Positions 58,222 to 64,000 of a stretch of 64,000 bases of DNA are shown piece by piece (within the stretch, counting starts at the first letter, position 1; each line of letters begins with the position of its first letter). The notes beneath the pieces are model-generated. The model searched no databases, was not told the origin of the DNA, and saw only the letters and a program-made list of their open reading frames with translations. This DNA is from Candidatus Omnitrophota bacterium. GTDB lineage: Bacteria; Ratteibacteria; UBA8468; MWAK01. The position numbers were made by a program, and so were the translations under genes. The stretch covers positions 32,001 through 96,000 of the forward strand of contig JBDRQI010000005.1 of NCBI GenBank assembly GCA_043826355.1, in the 5' to 3' direction.

Positions 58222-58698
58222 TTATTTTCTCTTGGCCTTCAAGGAACCGATCTTGCCTTGAAGGGTCCCCATCGGACAAACTACGCACCAGGCCCTTTCC
58301 CGGGTAAATATGCCCAGGACGATGGCAACTAAAGTGGATAACAAGCACATCTGAACAAAAACAAATCCGATTTTAGGAAAAGTTTTTTCCACGGTTGCTA
58401 GCCGGAACATAAAAAACCCGATAAAAAACGCAAAAACAACCCACCGGAACCACTTTTTTAAAAACAAGCGGGGAACCTGTCTCTTTAAACTTGCCTGGCT
58501 CAAAACAAGGTCCAGAAAAGAACCGCGCGGGCAAAACCGGCTGCACCAGAGCCGTCCCTTAAAATAGGAAAGGACCAGAAAAAAGAGCATCATTAAGAAA
58601 ACCAGGTAACCCATAAGCGGGTAAAACAACCCCCCGAAAATTATCAGGGGCAGAAACCAAACCATGATTTTTTGAACGCTCTTTTTCCCCGGCGCCAT
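58222..58698 (-). CDS. Membrane 4Fe-4S-binding (NapH/Fer4_5-like) protein
   Basis: Two R-x-WC-xx-x-CP-x-G motifs between TM helices. Confidence 0.8.
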   Translation of the reverse strand: MAPGKKSVQKIMVWFLPLIIFGGLFYPLMGYLVFLMMLFFLVLSYFKGRLWCSRFCPRGSFLDLVLSQASLKRQVPRLFLKKWFRWVVFAFFIGFFMFRLATVEKTFPKIGFVFVQMCLLSTLVAIVLGIFTRERAWCVVCPMGTLQGKIGSLKAKRK

Positions 58699-58700
58699 AC

Positions 58701-59186
58701 CTACTCTTTTCTTCTGGCCAGCTTCCGATTCATCGCAGCAACCGCATCGGGCCCGGATTTCTGTTTCAACTCCGCTGCAATCCGGGAAGCGTTCTCTTCC
58801 TCTTCAACCTGTTCCCTGACAAACCATTGAAGAAAATCGGAGGCGTCCTTGTCACCGGATTCCTTGGAAATAGCGCAGAGCCGCTTAATCAAACCGGTTA
58901 CTTTCTGTTCGTGCCGGTAAACCCGTTCAAACAGGCCCGGAGATGAAGTGAACTTTACCGTCGGCTGGTTAATCGCCTTTAAAACAACCCTTTCTCCCCG
59001 GCTGACCAAAAAATCATATAGCTTCATCCCATGCGCCCACTCTTCCTTAAACTGGATTTTCAACCAGTGCGCAAACCCCGCAAGCGAAACTGAATCACTG
59101 TAAGCGGCCATGGATAAGTAGAGATACGCCGAATAAAATTCTTTGTTAATCTGGTCGTTCAGAGCATCCCGTAATTTTTTGTTCAC
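58701..59186 (-). CDS. ftn: Ferritin
   Basis: QINKEFYSAYLYLSM, EEWAH, FLQWFVREQVEEE. Confidence 0.93.
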   Translation of the reverse strand: MNKKLRDALNDQINKEFYSAYLYLSMAAYSDSVSLAGFAHWLKIQFKEEWAHGMKLYDFLVSRGERVVLKAINQPTVKFTSSPGLFERVYRHEQKVTGLIKRLCAISKESGDKDASDFLQWFVREQVEEEENASRIAAELKQKSGPDAVAAMNRKLARRKE

Positions 59187-59785
59187 AAACCCTCCCCTTT
59201 CTGCATCTGGTTTTGTCTGACTAAATAAGCGACCTTGGCACCCAACTCAAAAACTTTTTCCAGGCAATCCGGGCGCTGCAACACTTTGCCTTTTTCATCA
59301 ATACCCCGACACAAAATTTCTTCCCGGTAGTTAGCGTCAATAACCGCAAAAAAGTTCTTGATGATAGAACGGGCATTTACAAAAAAATCTTCACGGTTTG
59401 AGGCCTCCACTGAGATAAATGCGCCTACTTTTTCTTTTTTAACCGTGCTCTTTTTCAAAATAAACTTAGCCCGCCAGAGGCACTGGAAACGATCAATCAT
59501 AATCTTCACCTGGGCGGTAATGCTTCCGAAAAATACCGGTGAAGCCATAATGACGGCGTCCGCTTCCAAAATCTTCCGGTACACCCCCTGCATATCATCC
59601 TCAATTATGCAGGAGCCGTCGTCCTTGAGGTTTGCGCATTCCTGGCAGGGAGCAATCTTCAGGGTGTTCAGTATTACTTTTTCGGTCTCCGCGCCGATAC
59701 TCCGGGCGCCTTCCAGCGCCTTGTCAAGCAGAATATCCGTATTTCCGCCAATCCTGGGGCTTCCGTTTATCCCGATTATTTTCAC
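59183..59785 (-). CDS. Iron-sulfur flavoprotein / flavodoxin-family protein
   Basis: INGSPRIGGNT, PCQEC...C, SPVFFG, IDR. Confidence 0.88.
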   Translation of the reverse strand: MKIIGINGSPRIGGNTDILLDKALEGARSIGAETEKVILNTLKIAPCQECANLKDDGSCIIEDDMQGVYRKILEADAVIMASPVFFGSITAQVKIMIDRFQCLWRAKFILKKSTVKKEKVGAFISVEASNREDFFVNARSIIKNFFAVIDANYREEILCRGIDEKGKVLQRPDCLEKVFELGAKVAYLVRQNQMQKGEGL

Positions 59786-59786
59786 T

Positions 59787-59984
59787 CTATTGTCTTCCTT
59801 TTCTCGTAAGATAAATAATTGTTCCGGCGTGCACGGTCGCCAGGATAACGGTCAGCAACGCCGGCAATTTGTGGTGCCTGAGTTTGAGTTTAAATTTGAC
59901 CCGGAATAAACCGCTTAAAATGGTTGCCACCAACAGGGTATAAGCCAAGACGCCTAAAGGTACAACGAATAGGTCCAGGTCCAT
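59787..59984 (-). CDS. Small two-TM membrane protein
   Basis: Two hydrophobic helices with His residues; heads a tightly packed operon below a consensus promoter. Confidence 0.65.
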   Translation of the reverse strand: MDLDLFVVPLGVLAYTLLVATILSGLFRVKFKLKLRHHKLPALLTVILATVHAGTIIYLTRKGRQ

Positions 59985-59996
59985 ATTTGGAAAATA

Positions 59997-60062
59997 AGTA
60001 TATCACTTTTTCCGGTGCCGGTCAATTTGCCGCTTGATTCTATTTTTTTCTTGCATTACAAT
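59997..60062. promoter_or_regulatory. Back-to-back sigma70 promoters
   Basis: Minus strand TTGACC-17-TATACT (60025-59997); plus strand TTGATT-17-TACAAT (60034-60062). Confidence 0.6.
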
Positions 60063-60122
60063 AATAAGCGGGTCCGCCTGCGTCCGCCTCTGGCGGACTA
60101 TGACGGGCGAAGGAGGTGCGCT

Positions 60123-60380
60123 ATGGAAGAAAAGGAAATTGGGCAGGTTGCGGATTTTTTTACGCACGTCAACGTAATCGCGGTAAAGCTTTCCGGAGAA
60201 CTGTCGGTCGGCGACCGTATCCATATCAAAGGTCATACCACCGACTTCATCCAGGAAGTAGCTTCAATGCAGATTGAGCACCAGGCCGTGCTTAAAGCGA
60301 AGGCCGGCGACGATGTGGGAATTAAAGTCACGGAAAAGGTCCGTCACGGGGACAAGATATTCAAGGTTATCGCCGACTAA
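60123..60380 (+). CDS. EF-Tu domain II-like / U32 C-terminal-like beta-barrel protein
   Basis: EIGQVADFF, GDRIHIKGHTTDF, SMQIEH, GDDVGIKV; AGGAGG SD. Confidence 0.82.
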   Translation: MEEKEIGQVADFFTHVNVIAVKLSGELSVGDRIHIKGHTTDFIQEVASMQIEHQAVLKAKAGDDVGIKVTEKVRHGDKIFKVIAD

Positions 60381-61311
60381 AATCGAGCCACACGATTCGT
60401 TTCTCTTTACGGAACCAGGTCAATTGCCGCTTAGCGTAATTCCTGGTCTTCTGTTTGATAATCTTTTTTGCCTCCGGCAGGGATATTTTTCCGGAAAGAT
60501 AGGCTGCCGTCTCCCGATAGCCGATCGCTTCAAAAGCCGGCAGAGTGAAATCATAACGTTTGCGAAGCGCTTCTACTTCCGCCGGAAATCCGGCCGTAAA
60601 AATCTCCTCAACCCGCCGGTCAATCCGGCCATAAAGTTCCTCCCGGTTCCGGTGAACGCCGAGCAGACGGAACGGGTAGACAAACCGCGTGGTCTGACGT
60701 TGCAGTGCCGAAATGGGCTTGCCGGTCGCCAGGTAAATCTCCAGCGCCCGGCCCAGGCGGTAAGTATCGTTAGGGTGAATCCGGACGGCTGCCTCCGGAT
60801 CCACCCGTTTTAATCGAAACAGGAGTTCTGCCGGGCCAACACCGAGGAGCCCCTTTCTTGCTTCCAGGACCGCTGCCTGGTTTGGAACTTCAAAAAATCC
60901 ATCCAGAACCGCTCTCAGATAAAGTCCACTTCCGCCCACCAGAATCGGAACCCTCTTGCGGCCGATAATCTCCGGAACTAACGAACAAACTTTTTCGGCA
61001 TACCAGTAAGCGTTCGCATTTTCTTCCGGAGAGAGGCAATCAATAAGGTGGTGGGAAACTTTTTCTCTTTCCGAAACGGTTGGTTTGGCAGTGCCCAGGT
61101 CAAGGCCGCGGTAGAACTGAAAAGCGTCGGCGGAGATTATCTCTCCGCCTATCTTTTCGGCCAGAATCAGGCCCGCTTCGCTCTTGCCGGAGCCGGTAGG
61201 CCCGCAGATAAACAGAACGACTGATGCGGGAAATACAAATCCCTCACTTTTTTTCTGCTTCCAGAAGTTCTTTTCCGTATTCAATTCCGGCGATAACCGC
61301 AGAATCGTCAC
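60367..61311 (-). CDS. miaA: tRNA dimethylallyltransferase (start uncertain)
   Basis: GPTGSGKS, ISADAFQ, GTAKP, GGSGLY, AIGYRE, YAKRQLTWFR. Confidence 0.94.
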   Translation of the reverse strand: MTILRLSPELNTEKNFWKQKKSEGFVFPASVVLFICGPTGSGKSEAGLILAEKIGGEIISADAFQFYRGLDLGTAKPTVSEREKVSHHLIDCLSPEENANAYWYAEKVCSLVPEIIGRKRVPILVGGSGLYLRAVLDGFFEVPNQAAVLEARKGLLGVGPAELLFRLKRVDPEAAVRIHPNDTYRLGRALEIYLATGKPISALQRQTTRFVYPFRLLGVHRNREELYGRIDRRVEEIFTAGFPAEVEALRKRYDFTLPAFEAIGYRETAAYLSGKISLPEAKKIIKQKTRNYAKRQLTWFRKEKRIVWLDFSRR

Positions 61312-62116
61312 TGCGCAAAGTTCTTCCTTTACCGCTTTCCGGGCTGAAAAAAACCCTTTCCCGGTAAAGCTTCAAAAAACGTTTCTTAAAATCTTCAAAA
61401 CTGGAACCGTAGATATGATAGGAATCGGTAATGTCAACGTAAGACCCGACCGATACCGGCTGTTTCAACCTTTCCTGAATTTGAGCCGCCAAGACCTTTT
61501 GAAGGTCGGTCAATCCGTAAATATTCATATAGGCGGCCCGGTAAGCGTCCCGGCTGCGCCAATGGGTATGCATCTGAAGGTTATACCCTTCCCCTTCCGA
61601 AAAAAGCCGGCACCAAACCCGCTGCAGACAGGGCGGGTCGTCTGTTTCCGGATCAACCAGGGGCATCCAGGTAATACCCTGGGCGCGGCGGCTGTAAGGC
61701 TGTTCCGAAAGTTTCCGAACGATATAGTCCAACTGGTTGACGCTTTTAAAAGGAAGCTTCTTCGGGTTGCGGCAGGAAAGGTCATCGGTAACCAGATAAT
61801 CGGTCAGACGCTGGTGATAGGTGTAAGTCCACTTCCCCTCTTCCGGGGCAATCCAGTGGTCGTGAACACCGTCAACCACTTCCTGACGATACTTTTCCAA
61901 ATCTTCAATCCCGCCGCAGAAACCCAGGTGTATCCTGGGTTCGGCAAACGGTTGGCGAATCACCATTACCATTCCTGCGTCCTTGGCCGGCGGGTCAGTT
62001 GGTTTGTCATATTCGGTCTTAATCTGAGTTCCCTTTTCCCACAACAGAACCAGACTCTTCTCCCAAACTTCTGCGATCCCGTCGCCTTCCACAAAAAGAA
62101 CCGGCGCTCCTCCCAT
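61244..62116 (-). CDS. thyA: Thymidylate synthase-family protein, archaeal-type
   Basis: YTYHQRL, SRRA, DPPCLQ, WRSRD, MN, SYHIY. Confidence 0.78.
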   Translation of the reverse strand: MGGAPVLFVEGDGIAEVWEKSLVLLWEKGTQIKTEYDKPTDPPAKDAGMVMVIRQPFAEPRIHLGFCGGIEDLEKYRQEVVDGVHDHWIAPEEGKWTYTYHQRLTDYLVTDDLSCRNPKKLPFKSVNQLDYIVRKLSEQPYSRRAQGITWMPLVDPETDDPPCLQRVWCRLFSEGEGYNLQMHTHWRSRDAYRAAYMNIYGLTDLQKVLAAQIQERLKQPVSVGSYVDITDSYHIYGSSFEDFKKRFLKLYRERVFFSPESGKGRTLRSDDSAVIAGIEYGKELLEAEKK

Positions 62117-62378
62117 CTCATCACCCCGTTAATATGCCCTTACCGATTCAACGGTACGGGTACTCATGTTGCAAATGCAGTTTGCAACAATCCCGTCCTT
62201 TATGATACCACAGAACACTTGCCGCAAGAAAGGCGCTAACATCTAAAATATGGTAAAATATTTGGTCGGTCGCACTGTTTTGCTGTTCACTTTAAATTTA
62301 TCAGGGCGCAGCGCAGTCTGCCAGAGGCGAAGCTGAAGGGATATGAGAAGGGGCAAAACCTTTCTTAAATATTGGTTT

Positions 62379-62453
62379 CGGGGCGTAGCTCAGCTTGGCT
62401 AGAGCGCTTGGTTTGGGACCAAGAGGTCGCTGGTTCGAATCCAGTCGCCCCGA
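62379..62453 (+). tRNA. tRNA-Pro(TGG), CCA not encoded
   Basis: Acceptor CGGGGCG/CGCCCCG, anticodon arm CTTGG-TTTGGGA-CCAAG, T arm GCTGG-TTCGAAT-CCAGT. Confidence 0.96.
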
Positions 62454-62518
62454 CTCTTCCTAAAGCTTATATATAAGAATTAAATCTTTTCCTGCCTGCA
62501 TCCCCGCCGGTTCGAACC

Positions 62519-62950
62519 TTAGAAATTCCTTTTTGAAGGGATAATGTACGGTTCCACTTGGTTGAAGTTGCTTAATGACGTCAATACTGCCGACTTCTTC
62601 ATTTCGTTTTTCAGGTAATCGATTATGAATCCGTCGATTCGTTTCCAAATGTAAGAAACAAATTTAACGGGCTTGAGGTTTCCCTGCTTGTCCCGATAAT
62701 AAGGGTCGTAACTTTCAATCTTCTTGTAAACAACCGGAATGATTTCTGCGAGCAAGTCCTCCCCGAACCGCCTAATTAACTCGGGGAATACTCTCCGGTG
62801 GATTCTAAAGATTAAGAAATCGATATGACGAAGAACAATCTCATCCTTGCTTTTCTTCGAACCTTTTTGGGCTTTTGAGATTAAACGTCGTTCTTCAGAT
62901 AGGGTAACTTTTGGATGGTCCTGAATAATGTTGCGGTATAATTCCCACAT
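62519..62950 (-). CDS. Protein resembling sigma70 regions 1.2-2 only
   Basis: Y..I...P.VTLSEERRL..KAQKG, EDLLAE, ESYDP, KFVSY..KRI. Confidence 0.6.
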   Translation of the reverse strand: MWELYRNIIQDHPKVTLSEERRLISKAQKGSKKSKDEIVLRHIDFLIFRIHRRVFPELIRRFGEDLLAEIIPVVYKKIESYDPYYRDKQGNLKPVKFVSYIWKRIDGFIIDYLKNEMKKSAVLTSLSNFNQVEPYIIPSKRNF

Positions 62951-63058
62951 ATTTAGGTAGCAAAATGGGGGATAATTTTTAAATTATTACGACTAAAAAA
63001 TTAGGTTAGGCAAGGTAGTTATCCAAAAAGCCTAATGGCTATGACGAGAATCGCAAAA

Positions 63059-64000
63059 TGAAGTGAACCCCTATCCTTGGACAGACAGGTTAGAATAACA
63101 TGGCTGGACCGGCGAATTATTTTGTTCTTTGAAAAGTAACCGATTTTCAAACTCCTCCGGGGCAAGTACCCCAGGGAAGAATGCAACCTTTTTTTATTAT
63201 ACACCGCTTCCAGGAAATAGGGAATCCGTCCCTGAACATCCGCGAGGTTTCGTTATTTCCAGAGGTAAACTTCTTCCGCTTTCAGAGTTTTAAAGAAACT
63301 TTCGGCGGTGGCGTTATCGTAAGGGTTGTCTTTTCGGGACATACTGATTTGAAAACCGCAGGTTTTAAGCCGGTTTGTATAATCGCCGGACGCATACTGC
63401 ACCCCGCGATCGGAATGGTGGATTGTTCCCGGAGCGGGATTTCTCCGGCAGATAGCCATATCCAGGGCGGTAAGCGCCAACTGGGTATCCAAACTCCTGG
63501 AGACGCAGTAACCGACGACCCGGCGGGAGAAGGCGTCCAGGATAACCGCCAGATAAACAAAGCCCGATTCTATCCGATATAGGTAATGTCGGATACCCAA
63601 ACCTGATTTGTCGCTGTTGGCGGGCGCTCTTTTGTCAGGTTCGGATAGATTGGATAAGCATGGTTGGAGTCGGTGGTGGTTACCCAGCGTTTCTTAACGG
63701 ATACCAAGAGGGAACTTTCCCGCATGATGCGGAGGACCCGCTTGTGGTTTACGCAAGATCCGTCTATCTTTAAGTTGATGGGTTATATGCCGGTATCCGT
63801 ATTTGGAAAATTCCAGGGCGACCTCTTCTATCCGGTCCCGAAGATCGTTGTCCGTTTTCATCTTTACCCGGTTTTCCGGCCGGTAGTAATAGGTGCTGCG
63901 GGGAATCTTTAACATTTGGCACCGCCTTTTGACGCAGCCGTGGTATCGGGGGGAAAAGCCGGTAACAAGCCTTCTCTTTTCCGGGTTTGTTCGATCGTGG
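63059..64000 (-). mobile_element. Decayed IS3-family element extending past the window end
   Basis: PRSTYYY, YGYRHIT, VNHKRVLRIMR, WVSDITY, HSDRGVQY, DNATAESFF, YNKKRLHSSLGY split across frames; terminal TGAAGTGAACCCC at 63059. Confidence 0.9.

Noticed and set aside
61184..62239. 351-aa antisense ORF and other long shadow ORFs (e.g. 2899-3642, 24861-25610, 48420-49082)
   Set aside because: They overlap well-supported genes and have no motifs; expected from codon bias
62129..62242. 37-codon ORF upstream of thyA (MLAPFLRQ...)
   Set aside because: No SD or recognisable motif, and it spans the predicted promoter
1..64000. CRISPR array, cas genes or rRNA
   Set aside because: No regularly spaced direct repeats, Cas-like ORFs or rRNA-like stretch seen; the repeats are dispersed palindromes

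Overview
Chromosomal segment of an anaerobic bacterium, probably PVC-related (Omnitrophota/Ratteibacteria-like). This is inferred from a DUF1559 prepilin-like gene, a LamG/CBM9/GH-like secreted protein and the anaerobe gene content. Housekeeping genes (rpmH-yidD-yidC without rnpA, a short rnc, lnt, panD, gap-pgk-tpi, trxB, yggS, tyrA, pyrE, glgA/GH57, miaA, an archaeal-type thyA) surround several metal and redox loci. These are: radical SAM-feoAB; a ~17.6 kb, 25-ORF, largely AT-rich cluster headed by a Fur-family gene with a Fur-box-like operator (NifB/NifX proteins, MinD-4Fe4S fusion, Mrp, RACo, methyltransferases, Gly/Arg-rich small proteins); a DUF1559-binding protein-radical SAM-ABC importer operon divergent from zur-znuACB; and a SOR-desulforedoxin-rubredoxin-2-oxoacid:ferredoxin oxidoreductase operon. 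The window ends with tRNA-Pro(TGG), a sigma-domain-2-only ORF and a decayed IS3-family element. Intergenic regions carry many short palindromic repeats, some nested or translated. No CRISPR array or rRNA was seen. The best leads are the pilin-like/radical SAM/ABC operon, the Fur-headed cluster, the missing rnpA, two candidate structured RNAs and the truncated sigma factor. All calls come from reading motifs by eye; no database searches were run.
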